From Selaginella moellendorffii (Eukaryota > Plantae > Lycopodiophyta): DNA of 64,000 bases. The DNA is taken from assembly GCF_000143415.4 (NCBI RefSeq), contig NW_003314270.1, positions 403,691 through 467,690 on the forward strand. Direction: 5' to 3'. The notes beneath the pieces are model-generated. The model was not told the DNA's origin. It searched no databases and was given only the letters and a program-made list of their open reading frames with translations. The position numbers were made by a program, and so were the translations under genes. Each line of letters opens with the position of its first letter. The stretch's first letter is position 1. Below, piece by piece: positions 49,537-62,586 of this stretch.

Positions 49537-52329
49537 GTGGATCTTAAGAACCGTGCTAAATGGATTCAGGCAAAGGTGTTTCTAAACAACCCCGAGGGGG
49601 AGGTGGTAGCTGAGGGCTTAGCCACAGTTGTCGATCCAAGAGATGCGGTTGCTAATCAAGAATTAGGCTGGGATGATATTAGAGTTGCGATTTTAGAGGT
49701 TGTTGACACAGAAGAAAACAGTCTGACTATTGGAAGCATTGTGCGGTGGAAATTGAGGCACTTAGTGTTTGAGAATGTGAAGGATTCACAATCAAACACC
49801 ACTACAACTGATGACAGAACATCTCTTCATGGGAAAAGAAAGTACACCTTCCTAAAGCGCAGCCAAAGGGATCTAAGCAACGAACTGAAAAGGCAGAAAA
49901 TGGCGATGGAGGTTCAAATGGTCTCGACAGTTGCTTGTTGCAAGAGGAGGTGCTGTCAACATGCTGATTGGGATGTTATTGAAGAGGAGAGAGCAAGATA
50001 CAAGACATTGTCCTGGAAGGCAGCTCGCAATTTTGTGTATGAGGCATTACGGTCATCTGTTGATGCTTCAGAACATCAGGTGGGGGGCATGGTCTTCCAG
50101 AGGGGTTTGGTCTGCATGAAGGCATGGAGAATCATTTATGGAGTCCCTCGAACCACATTCTACAGAATCAAAACTGAGTTCGAGGAACAAAGGGTTCAAC
50201 AGGCAGTCCATGGGAACGACGGTACTCACAAAACCAGGGGTCATGTTATATATGGAGAGGCAATCTTCAAGAGGTTTGTCGAGACATATAGCAAGCAACA
50301 ACCACATAAAACCCGCCTCTTGGAAGATGGAACACGAGACACCCAACGAGTTCTCCCTTCCATGTATACCAAGGGGGCCATATTGGAAGATATGAATCGG
50401 GAACTCCAGAGTAATGGCTACAGGAAGCTGAGCCAATCTAGATTTAGTAGATTGTGGAGCAACAGGTTCAGGGATGTGAGTATAGGAAAGTACTCCAGCT
50501 TTTCAAAGTGTGACGAGTGCACTGCTATCAAAATGGCTTTGTCGAAGAATTCTTGCATCGCTCAAGAGCGAGAGACGTTGGTTAGAAGGCGGCTCGACCA
50601 CAACATCGAGCAGAGAAGCTGCAGGACTGCATATTATCATAACAGGATTCTCTCCATGGAGAGACCTGACTCTTACCTCTGCATCATCCATGACAAAATG
50701 GACCAGAAAAAGACGTGCTTACCTCGACTCAATCCTGCCCCCAAGGTAATCTCTTCATCCATGCAGCTGCCTGTGTCTCTGTTTGGCATAATCGCTCATG
50801 GGCATGGTGCCCAGAACTATGGGAACTTCTTTGTACCTCTATGGGGTGGCGGGGGTGCAAACATGATGATTGCGTCCCTAGCAAAACACTTAAGGTCTTT
50901 GCAAAGTGCGCAGACTGAGCTGAACGGCCAACCCTTGCATAACGCCCTTGTCGATCGAACCCCATACAGGGTTCAGCTAGAGGAGGAGCAAAGGCTTGCA
51001 GTATCGCGTGGGGCCCCATGCCATCCCAGTGAATATGTTGGCCGTCAGATTGTAGGGTTATCACGTGAGGCCTCATGCCATTCCGACGAGGCTAGTCGCC
51101 CGGTGAATGCACAGCCTCATCCAAATGAAGCAGAATCTCAAGGAAGTTCTTGCGGCCGATGTGGCCATCCACCCCATCTTCTGCTCCAAACAGACAATGC
51201 TGGCAGTGAGAACAAAAACATGTACGTCTTTGCGTACTTGGCGATGCTTGTTGCCAAAGGCATATTTGAAATGGTTACACTTGGCTTTCTCATGGTTGGG
51301 CACACTCATGAAGACGTCGATGCCATGTTCAATCACCTGGCAGAGTCCCTCCGGCGATCCAATGTCCTCACCCTCCCACAACTCTACGATGAATTCCAAA
51401 ATTGCATCAAAGGCACTGTTGAAGCTGCACTTGTGACAGAGGTTCCAGACTTTAAGGGGTTTGTAAAAGGCTACATCAGGGACGGATCCGAAACGCTGAT
51501 TGGCCACTCCAAGCCTCTTCAGTTTCATTTCAGCATGCATGACGGTGCTCCAGTGATGAGGTACAAGATGAGAGAATGGGACACAGTGTGGCTGCCAGTG
51601 GACGGCATTGAACTCTTCAAGAGAGATCCCATAACTGGGGAACCTATGATTCCTCAGGGTTCCCCACGGCCGATGCACCCGGATGGACTCAAAGACCAGG
51701 AAAGTATAGTGGCCGGGATTAGATAGCATATTGCCTTCTGGAAGAGGGGGTTGGTGTTTGGTGGAGAATCCTATTTTAAGAGGTGCAAGCCTTTGCTTGA
51801 ATACTGGGAGAAGATTATATCTGCTATCCAAAATGGGCCAGTTGTATATGAAGAATTGGAAGAGTCCTTTTGGCTAGAACCCAGAGCACCAGATAGTAGC
51901 GGAACAATGTCCTCTAGAAATGCAGTGACAGATAACGATGTTGAGGATCACTATTGTGGGCCGAGGAACAAGAAGCCGGATTCAACATTCAATCCAGTAC
52001 AGGTCTACAAAGGAATGGTCCTGCTTGTCTGACCCAGTAATAAAAAACAAATGATATGGGTGGGGCGCTGCATCACTGATGCAGAGGAGGACGCGGAAAC
52101 TAACTCCTTCAATGTAACTGTGGAGTGGTTCAAACCAAGTTCCGGATATACGAAGGATTGCCTAGAAAAGAGATGGGTGCTGAATCCAAGGGATCCCAGC
52201 ATGAGCATATCGGTGGATAATGTTGTGCATGGTTGGATGCGGAAGCAGAGTGCCACCATTACCTTGCCAGACCATGCAAGAGATGCAGCAAGAGCATTTA
52301 TAACCCGGGTTCAAGGTGAGATTCATTAA
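49537..52329 (+). pseudogene. Sola1-like DDD transposase (~930 aa, two premature stops)
   Basis: Cys clusters CCKRRCC, VCMKAW and FSKCDEC; catalytic-type motifs IHDKMDQ, LQTDNAGSENKN and FLMVGHTHEDVDAMF. The frame continues past TAG 51724 and TGA 52030. Likely splice acceptor at about 49502. Confidence 0.8.
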
Positions 52330-54560
52330 TATTCCTTTACTAAGTTTCTAATGTATTTTATTTCAAGGTGAACAATCCGAATCTGAATCAGAGGAGGCGT
52401 GATGGCATGTGGCCTTACGCCATTCCTAGGTGAGATGATACAAATAACAAGTATAAATTCTTAGTTGTTCTAGCAAATCTTACTTAAAGTTCAAGGTGAA
52501 CAAGCCGAATATGAATTCATCGGATTGTTATAACAAATTGTGAGGTGATGGCATGAGGCGATATGCCATTTGAGAGTGGTAGCCATTCCTATATAAGGTG
52601 AGTGAAATATTTATTAGAAATACCTCATTCAATTGTGCACTTCTAAGTCTTGGTCCACTTAGCATTGTTTGCATGTTTCTATTTTAATTCTTTCTCTAAA
52701 ATGTTATTTAGCATGTGGCTTCATGCCATTGCTCTCCACAATCATACATTGAATTTTTCTATCCTTGCATAATACTTCTCCATATATATAGCATGTGTGC
52801 ACATGTGATATGGTTCATTAGGCCTGATATAGTGTGTGAGGTAAAACAAAGATGATGTGACATATGCATTTACCAATCACACGTGCATAAATCTAATAAT
52901 ATGGCGTGTGGCCCATATTAATGGCACATAAACCCATATTGTGGGCTTACGTGCTTTATGTACCATCATTCCCTTGCAGCGTGTGTGTTGGTTTCCTTTT
53001 ATAACACAACGAACTCCATATTTTAGGTGAAGAGCATTCTCATGGCAAGCACAAAATCTATAAGTGAGGCAGAAAAGGAGACGGAGAAGGAAATAGGTGA
53101 AGATGTAGAATATATAAGTCTTCCAAACTCCCCGTACTATACTCTAGGTGATCATTTTTCTGAACAAACGGCAACATTAACAACTATCGAGAACGCCCCA
53201 GTAACGTCAGAGACAACAATCCAAAGCAAAACAACTGACCCGGAGAAGGATGATAGTACCGCTGAGAGTACCAAAAAGGAGGTGTCCACTAGCGCTTAGG
53301 CTTATAATGGCGTGTGCCCTCATGCCATTTACTTGATCACCAAATACCTTTTTCCTTTGCACTAGTATATCTTAATACCGGTCTGAGAAAATAGAATGGC
53401 ATGTGCCCTCAGGCCTTTTACTAAATCACCTTTGAAAGAAATGCAAGCCTCTATGTCGTAAAAAAAAGGTACTAGAGAAATTCCTTAATAATATGAATGT
53501 TATTTAGTTTCATGAAAATACACTAAGGGTCAAATGAGTTAAATGACTTCTCCAGACTAGCAATGCCTCTTGCTACACCTTCACAATTAGATTCGTTAGA
53601 AAAAGATAACATTGAATAATATCTAAATGTTCTCACCATTAAGTTATATGTCTGGCTAATAGGAATGACGTTCATCTTGGAAAGCTCACCACACGCTCAA
53701 TGAACAAACAAATAGTGTGTGCGTGCATGCCATTGCTCTTCTTTAGCTTCAGATTCGGCTTGTTCACCTTGACAATGAGATTTATTATACAACCAGATGG
53801 ACTCAGTCTGGACACAAAGTCACCGCGCTAGTCACCATGCCCCAGATATGTCTAGCCCCTAGACAAAAAACATATAATTTCACGTCATTTTCAAATACTT
53901 GAAAATTTGTACCTAGTCCCATTTTACTGAATAAATCCCACTTTAACAAAATAGAGCTTACAAGGACACTATAAGCCACAAATTTTTCCTTTTCTACAAG
54001 GGGTTCCAAAAGTATAGTAGGGATAGTGAGGTCCAGGAACCAGTCTTGAAGGAACTCTCCAATGGTGCTTCCAAACTGACTTGAGGTTGAGACTAGGACT
54101 GAAGGGCCTTGGGTGGGAGTGAGCATAGACTTGGGTGGTGCTGGAGGGGCCACCCAAGGAAGTGCTCAAGAGCAGCTCCCACTCCCAAAAGGGAAATCGA
54201 CTACAGTGCTCCCGGCTCATGTGGAGTGGTGCCCCACTTGAGTACCTTGTGGCTCATTGGTCCTCACCCTTCCTAGGGGCTTGAGCCTTCCCTTCGGGAT
54301 AGAAGTGGGAGGGTAGAGGTACCCATACCGGGCCGTTAGACCACGGTGTTTTGTCCCGGTGTCCCGAAGCAAGTGTTGCACCCAAGGCTTGGGATTTAAA
54401 GGGTCCCATGATCAAGTTTTGTTGTACCAAAGGATGTTAGGAACTTGGAGGCTTAGTGTGCTTGGCTACTTGTGCCTGCGGGGAGTGTAGCCGAACCTTA
54501 AGTCTAGTCTAACCCGGGGAGGGGGATTGGGAGAGATTTGGGAATCTGTGAATGGGTGGC

Positions 54561-55705
54561 TGTCGCGAATGTGACTTCGGGTATCGAAAGTTACCTGTCG
54601 ACTAGTCCTTACGGACACTCTTACCTTACTGCCACGATGGCAGGAGGTCGGTATTGCTGGTTCCCTTTATCAGTCCCTCTTGTGCTAGTGGAGTTAACTG
54701 GGCATTTCGAGTGTACTTAGACCGGATGAGCATAAGGACGGAATTTCTACATGTTATTAGCTAAGTATACTTAGCCCGGTAAGGAGTTCCCGTCTCGTTT
54801 TGTCTTGCACTTGCTAGTGACAAGAACCCTTGCGTATTAAGATTGGTCCCTCAATATTGTTGGATGATAGCTTACCGTGTCTGCCAAACACCCTTGCTAT
54901 CATGCCCTTTGTGTTAGTCTTATTTCGGTTCCAAATACTATTTATGGAAAGTGTCTAGATTTGCTCATTTGGCATATTTACAGAATGTAGAGATCAACCT
55001 GAACACAATGGTGTTCGTCCCGTGTTCAAATTCGCAATCTAATGCCATTCCATATTTAGTAAGTTTCGAGTTTGTCCTAGAGACTAACTCCTGATACTAA
55101 GGAAGGCTTGGGGTGAAAGCCCAAAGCGTGTGTTCCTCAAGGGGGGGGGGGGGGGGGGGTTCCAAATGTATAGTAGGGATAATGGGTAGGTCGGGCATGG
55201 CCGACAAACCTGAGACATAGTTTAGCTCCCGCTTGCGTTCCTGTCCTTGTTCTGTGTCCGGCTTGGGTTTAAGCCCAAGTTCCATTCCATGCTAATTGGT
55301 GGAGTACCCATGTCTTCGTGTTAGGCCACCGGTATGCCGAAATAGCACCATACTCTATTTGGCTCCATTTTGCGTGCTGGTCCTAGCATTGGGATGTTGG
55401 TTACTCTAGGACTGTTCCAAGTTGCTCTCGGCTCCTGTCCCTTTGCTCCTTGGGCTTTATGCTCGGGAGTTGCTCTGTGGTTTAGTTCCATCACTCCTTG
55501 GCTTCGTGCTTGGGAGTTTGGCACCATTCCTTTGTTCAGTGGCCCAAGGCCCTGAACCTCGGGTTCCTATGGACACGTGGCATGGACAAGTGGCATGTGA
55601 CATGTGGCATCTGTCACGTGGCACAAAGAGGGTTAGGTTCCGCTTCGTGGTGTTATCCTATGGTAAATCACCATAGGATAAAGGGTCAAAACCACGTGCG
55701 CTACA
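54561..55705. mobile_element. Solo LTR, family B (1,145 bp)
   Basis: TGTCGCGAAT...GTGCGCTACA with perfect TSD GTGGC, inside the family C 3' LTR. Confidence 0.95.
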
Positions 55706-55975
55706 GTGGCTAACGCTCCATTGCTCGTGTAATGAGTAGCTGAAATCAAGTAAGACCAAGTAGGAGTTGGTACAATAGACAGGAACCTTGGCGAGGGAAC
55801 TTAGCAAAAACCAAGGCAGTGTTGGTCAGATAGATGAGGTAAGCTAGCAAATTGGAAACGAAAAATTTGTGGCTTACATTCGGGTCTATCTCATACTTCA
55901 TCTTCAGTCCATTTTGGACTCCATCTCGGGTCCATCTCTTATCCATACCAGACTCCATCTTGAACTCCATCTCAA

Positions 55976-58900
55976 TGTGAGACACAAAATCCCTAGGCCC
56001 CAAAGTGGAGCCAAAAGGGCGCCACATGGTAGTGGCCGAAGCGAAAGCCAAACGAGCGTAACACGTTTGGACTAAAAGATGGAGTCCGAGATGGATCCGA
56101 GATGGACCCGAGATGGATTCCGAGATGGAGTTCGAGATGGATCCGAGATGGACCCGAGATGGAGTCCGACATAGAGTCCGAGATGGACCCGAGATGGAGT
56201 CCAAGATGGAGTCCAAGATGGACCCGAGATGGAGTCCGAGATGGAGTCTGAGAGATGGAGTCCGAGATGGAGTCTGAGAGATGGAGTCCGAAGTCAATAC
56301 CGAGACCGAGACCGAGACCGGGACCGGGACCGAGACCGAGGCCGAGGCTGAGTCCGAGCCCGAGCTCAAGTCCGAGTCTGAGTCCAAGTCCGAGGCTGAG
56401 TCTGAGTCCGAGTCCGAGTTCAAGTCTGAGAGAGTGAAAGCCCAAAGCGTTTGTCTCCCAGACCCTAGAGGGTTTGGTGAGCTCCAAAAGTATAGTGAGG
56501 GGGAGGACTGCAGTAGAGCCAGTTTGGCCAGGAAAGGCCAGTTTGGCCCAGGAAGGCTATACCCAGTGTTGGGTGATGAGCTGCCCACTGGGAAGTCCAA
56601 GACTAGAGTGAACACAGACTGATAAGCGGGGAAGCTTGATGAAGTGTTCAAGAGCCGGCTCTAGTTCCCCCGGGAGATCAACTGGCCGATGCTCCCAGTC
56701 CAAGTGTGGGTGGCACTACCTACTTGGATACCTGGTGTGGCTCAATGGAACCTCGCTCTAAGCCCATGGCTAGAGCACCTAAAGGCGAAAGGTGGGGAGA
56801 GTACCCATGAGACTTGCGTAAGGCTACGGTGTTCCAAAAGGTTGTTCCAAAGTCCCAAAAGGTGAAAGGGAAGAGGAGCAGTCCTCTAGTGCAATGACCA
56901 AGGATACAGTCACATGGTGAGGAAGTCCCAAAGGATTGTGGGACTTAGTGGTCGGGCGTGTGGGCTTTGATCTAGTGGCAATGTTGGCGAACACGGCCAT
57001 GGACAAAAAGGGGCTTGGTGGGGACTGGAAAAGAGTTGTCAGGGAAGGCTATTCCCCTTGTTTGCGGGCATCCTAAGGATGCTAAGGAGTAGATCTGGGA
57101 TGATCACTCACGGACGGATGGCCCAGTCTTTGAGAGATGGGACTATGATGTAGGTGGCATTAAACCACCGGTGTGGCCAAGGTGAATAGGCATGGCCTTA
57201 GCGTAACGGGCCGATATGTCGGTGGTACCTTGGGGTGCCGGTCATGGGATCAGACACGTGGAGCACTTGGACCAAGTGCAAAGGTTGAGTGGCATGGATG
57301 CCATTCTCGGGGCTAGCAAGCCCCAAGACCTAATTGGGACTTATGGAGGTTGTGAATGAGACTCTTCCAAGTGGTCGGAGGTGCGGTTAAGTGACTAAAG
57401 TAAAATGGAAAAATTAGTCACTTATAACTTGGTATCGGAGTTGTTCCTTAGTCTGACTCTTATTGGTGGCTAAGTATATCACCACTTGTATTGGAATTGG
57501 AAAGTCCTAGGTATGGACCTATCCTCGAGGAGTAGCATGTCGAGAGGACATGGCTCTCCACTCGAGTTCATGTGTGAACTTGTGCACGATGTGGTGGATG
57601 GAAATGGGCCAGTAAGGGAACGACTTTGGGATCTTAGGAATAGTATAAGGGTTTCCTCAGAGAGTTGAGGATGTGATCCAGATGAGCGTTTGACACGGTA
57701 AACGGGCTAATGTAGTTGTGGTAAACAATTATAGTTGGGATCACGGGAAAGTTGTAGACTACAAAACAATAAAGGAGTCACAATATTACCCTCATATAGT
57801 GGAGGCTAGTGCTCATAAACTTGAGACCGGAATTGATGACCGAGGGAGGTCAAATATGGAAAAGGATACAAGTCCTTGAAATGGTAGCCAGGGCTACCTT
57901 TAATAAATGCTGGAACAACCCAAGGAGTTGGGGGTGTACTTAGAGGATGAGTTGGTATTCTCATCAAATGGACAAGTGGTCATAAGGGGCTGAAGGTTGC
58001 CCCTAGAGAACAAATCAAGTGTCGGAGTAACACTTGCAAAGATGATCCTTGTGAGTAGGACATGAATACAAGGAGTTGTATTTTAGTGAGCTAACACCTC
58101 AAAAGTAGGACCTCATGGGTCGTTAGATTAGCAAAGTCCAAAAACTTGAATGATTTTAATAGAGTCAAAGAATAATCCTAAGGGATTGATGAAAGCATTT
58201 AGACTGAGGTGTGTGGTGCCCCACGAAGGATGGGGAGGATCTTGAGATCCAAGCATGAGAACAGTGTGTATCTCATTAATGGCAGAAGGTGCCATATTAA
58301 AGTCGTGGGAAAGAGTTTTCCGGAAGAAAACAACTTTGACACAAAATTGTGCATAAACTCTATGGTGCAGTGCTAATGAATAATTGGCATAAGAGACAAC
58401 CATATTGGTCTTGGCAAGAAGACCTAGACACAAGTAAGAAGTGTCATAAAGGTAGGCTCGTGGAGCCAATGGTGTGGAGACACCGAAAGTGCCAAGGCGT
58501 GCTGCCTTGAGGTCAAGTTGGCGGGTTCATGAGAACCCCGTCCAAAGGAATCCCAATGGAAATGAGAATGGCATAGCCTAAACTAGAAGGCATGCGGTTA
58601 GAATGTGGTGACCTAGATAATGATGGAGGTGTGGAAGCACCAGCAATGAGTTGTAAAACTTGACAACTATGAGGCAACTAAGCAAAAGGTGCAAAATAAT
58701 TCGTTAAACTGGTAGAAGGCAACTATCTATATACGGAGGTTGGGTTCGAGTCCCGACCCTTTAATGCTTGGGTTCGAGTCCCAAATCACTAGGGCATGGT
58801 GATGGTTTGGAAAATGAGGACACTCATTTTTCAGTGGTTATGGACTCTCAGTGAGGAGATTGGTTTGGGCACACCGCCAAGCGAGAGATGCCTTGGAGTC

Positions 58901-61900
58901 GTGATACACGGTTAAATTGCTTAGTGTGGCTCAGCATATTTAACTTGAACACTTTGGTGCGAAGGGCACCAAGGACGTGGTGAATGAGATGGGGACACTC
59001 AGTCTCAGTTGCTATGGACCCTTGGCCGGAAGGGCTGACTTGGGTGCATCGCCAAGTGTGGGGGATGCCCCCGGGGTCATAGTGAACAATTTAAAGGTCT
59101 GGAAGATCTAGTATCTATTGGCAAACCTGTTAAGGTGCCAAGGTTAAATCACTATGTGATCTTATGGCTAAAATAAAGACAAAGTCCTTATGAGGTTAAG
59201 GGATAAAGTTCCAAGTTTAAAGTGTTGATTGGAACCATTGATGATGGTGTGGCTTGGTTAAGGTGACCAAGTGCCACTGGGAAGAACACCTAAGGGAAAT
59301 GAGCTATGTAAGTGCGATGGAATAATAAATCCGAGGAAAGTAGTCTCTATAAAAGATCCATAGGAGGGTCTCAAAGTTGGGCCGTGATAGAGCCCATAGC
59401 AGAAAATGCTAAGGAGACATACTAGGGGTGAATACCCTCTGGATTTGGCAAAGCAAAATCTCTGCTATGGAATTGAAAGGATACCTCAAGAATGGAAGTA
59501 GCGATCCTGTGTTGCGTGGTGCAACAATCAAGGATAGGAGCAAAAGACTAGTGCCTAAGAAAAGGGCCATGGGAATCATGGGATAGAAGCCAAATGGCAA
59601 AGTTAGTCCAAAAACACTAATGTGTTGAACGCTAACGGATTATGGAAGGCAATGTGTTTCCAAGAATATGTTCCCAATTGCTTTGATTTGGCGAAGGTGG
59701 AAGCTCCAAGGGATGGAGTGGTAAAGTAGCCAAATGATAGAGCTATGAACAGCTATAGCACGAATTACGATAACTAGAACTTAATGCTAAGGGTGGCACG
59801 ATATCGAAGAGAGGATGATGGTGCCCTCAAATAAAGAACTTCCTAGGACGGAAAGTGGAGTTGCACCATATGCAATATAAGGTGTCGGAGACACTTAGGA
59901 AATTGACTCTAAGAAGTCAAAATTAAAAGTTCCAAAGTGCAAAAGTTATGTTGATAGAATCTGAGACTACTCGAGAATGAGTAATGGAATCGAGTTAGAG
60001 AAGGTGTCTCTGACGGGTTTAGCAGGAACTGAACCAATAAAAGGGGGCAAACCACCTTAGGTGGTCGAATGAGTCTCTATGTTGGAGAGGCTATGCTCCT
60101 TAGAGGATGGACAAGGCATGGTGAGCCTTTCATGTCAAACCATAGACAAATATCGGCTGGGTGCCAAGGATGGAAATGGTAACATGAGTGTTACTTTATG
60201 AAAGGGTTTACTATTCGATGAGGACATCGAACTTCGTTTATGGGTGGTGGAGTTGTGAGACACAAAATCCCTAGGCCCTAAAGTGGAGCCGAAAGGGTGC
60301 CACGTGGTAGTGGTCGAAGCGAAAGCCAAACAACCGTAACACGTTTGGACTAAAAGTTCCAACTTGAAAAGGTTGAGAGTGGGAGTGGAACTCCCAACGA
60401 AGTGCTCGAGGAACAAACACGAAGTGAAAGATAAGTGAGTCTCTAGAAAAGGGACACAAGAGGACCGACACATGACACGTGGAAGAGTCCGAGATGGAGT
60501 CCGAGATGGATCCAAGATGGACCCAAGATGGACCCGAGATGGAGTCCGAGATGGAATCCGAGATGGAGTCCGAAATGGATCCGAGATGGACCCGAGATAG
60601 AGTCCGAGATGGAGTCCGAGATGGAGTCCAAGATAGATCCGAAATGGACCCGAGATGGAGTCTAAGATGAAGTCCGAGATGGACCCGAGATGGAGTCTGA
60701 GATAGAGTCTGGGATGGACCCGAGATGGAGTCCAAGATGGAGTCCGAGATGGACCCGAGATGGAGTCCGAAGTCAAGACCGAGACCAGGACCGAGACCGG
60801 GACAGAGACCGAGATCGGGACTGAGACCGAGACTGAGACCGAGGCCAAGTCCGAGCTCAAGCCCAAGTCCGAGTTCAAGTCCGAGTCCGAGGCTGAGTTT
60901 GAGTCCGAGTCTGAGTCCGAGGCCGAGTCTGAGTCCAAGTCCGAGTTTGAGTCTGAGAGGGTGAAAGCCCAAAGCGTTCGTCTCCCAGACCCTGGGGGGT
61001 TTGGTGAGCTCCAAAAGTATAGTGAGGGGGAGGACTGCAGTGGAGCCAGTTTGGCCAGGAAAGGCCAGTTTGGCCCAGGAAGGCTATACCTAGTGTTGGG
61101 TGATGAGCTGCCCACTGGGAAGTCCAAGACTAGAGTGAACACAGACCGATAAACGGGGAAGCTTGATGAAGTGTTCAAGAGCCGGCTCTAGTTCCCTTGG
61201 GAGATCAACTGGCCAATGCTCCTAGTCCAAGTGTGGGTGGCACTACCTACTTGGATACCTGGTGTGGCTAAACGAAACCTCACTCTAAACCCATGGCTAG
61301 AGCACCTAAAGGCAAAAGGCAGGGAGAGTACCCATGAGGCTTGCGTAAGGCGAGGAGAGTACCCATGAGGCTTGCGTAAGGCGGGGAGAGTACCCATGAG
61401 GCTTACGTAAGGCTACGGTGTTCCAAAAGGTTGTCCCAAAATCCCAAACGGTGAAAGGGAAGAGGAGCAGTCCTCTAGTGCAGTGACCAAGGATACGGTC
61501 ACATGGTGAGGAAGTCTCAAAGGATTGTGGGACTTAGCAGTCAGGCCTATGGGCCTTGATCTAGTGGCAGTGGTGGCATACATGGCCATGGACAAAAAGG
61601 GGCTTGGTGGGGACTGGAAAAGAGTTGTCAGGGAAGGTTATTCCCCCTGTTTGCGGGCATCGTAAGGATGCTAAGGAGTAGATCTGGGATGATCACTCAC
61701 GGACGGATGGCCTAGTCTTTGAGAGACAGGACTATGATGCAAGTGGCGTTAGACCACTGGTGTGGCCAAGGTGAATGGGCATGGCCTTAGCATAACGGGC
61801 CGATATGTCAGTGGTACCTTGGGGTGCCAGTCATGGGATCAGATATGTGGAGCACTTGGACCAAGTGCAAAGGTTAAGTGGCATGGATGCCATTCTCCGG

Positions 61901-62015
61901 GCTAGCAAGCCCCAAGTCCTAACTGGGACTTATGGAGGTTGTGAATGAGACTCTTCCAAGTGGTCGGAGGTGCGGTTAAGTGACTAAAGTAAAATGGAAA
62001 AATTAGTCGCTTACA
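55976..62015 (+). mobile_element. Family A LTR element with internal deletion (LTRs 55976-57426 and 60254-62015)
   Basis: PBS at 57430; PPT before 60254; about 1.2 kb of the interior is missing near 58730 relative to 21629-29191; flanks CTCAA/CTCGC. Confidence 0.88.
61322..61413 (+). repeat. 31-bp unit triplicated in the 3' LTR only
   Basis: GGGAGAGTACCCATGAGGCTTGCGTAAGGCG x3; single copy in the 5' LTR. Confidence 0.9.
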
Positions 62016-62586
62016 CTCGCGTCCATCTTGGGTTCATATTGGACTCCATCTTAGACTCCATCTTGGATTTCTTCTCGGACTCTATCTCAGATTCCTTTTC
62101 AAACTTGTTCTTCACTTCCATGTGTCACAACACTTGCCATATGTCAGTCTTTCTTATATCCCTTTTTAGAAACTTGTTCATTGAATGCTTCGTGCTCATT
62201 CTTCGAGCACTTTGTTCGGAGTTCCACTCCCACTCTCGACTTTCTAAGTCAAAGCTTTAGGTCCAAACATGTTACGCTTGTTAGACTTTTGTTTTGACCA
62301 TTACCATGTGGAATCCTTTCTGCTCCACTTTAGGGCTTAGGGATTTGTGTCTTACATTTTCTAAATTTATTTTTATAACAAGAAATCCCTTGTTATCTTG
62401 TCCATATTAGTTAATATAGGCTCAAGTTTATCTTCTATTACTCAATTTGTTGCCATTTATAATTTCATCATGCAGCAAAGCCAATCTTCATTCTCTATAA
62501 CAATGGTCATACATATGTATATGCATAGGATGACATATACCTAATTATACATATAAATAATCTCGAGTTTAAGCTTTAGTTGTTAT

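Larger units (their letters stand above)
40165..53733. repeat. Dispersed 22-bp palindrome, consensus ATGGCATGAGGCCTCATGCCAT, about 30 copies
   Basis: Copies start at 40165, 41242, 41317, 42537, 42692, 42828, 43087, 43222, 43318, 43423, 43557, 45056, 46333, 46393, 46470, 47905, 48942, 49039, 49136, 49294, 49330, 49400, 51003, 51060, 52402, 52548, 52708, 52901, 53307, 53396 and 53712. Confidence 0.9.
39779..53959 (+). mobile_element. 14.2-kb TIR DNA transposon, Sola1-like
   Basis: 21-bp TIRs AAGCTCTATTTCGTTAAAGTG (39779-39799) and CACTTTAACAAAATAGAGCTT (53939-53959), one mismatch. 4-bp flanks ACTA/ACAA. Begins exactly where the Gypsy integrase stops and encodes a DDD transposase. Confidence 0.85.
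34764..55878 (+). mobile_element. Ty3/Gypsy element, family C (5' LTR 34764-35911; 5'-truncated 3' LTR about 53996-55878), hosting the DNA transposon and a solo LTR
   Basis: TGTAAAG...GCTTACA; PBS TGGTATCAGAGC at 35915; flanks CTCGG/TTCGG. Confidence 0.85.

Noticed and set aside
53027-53299. 90-aa acidic ORF inside the transposon
   Set aside because: May be a further exon (TTTTAG acceptor at about 53021), but I could not link it to a gene.
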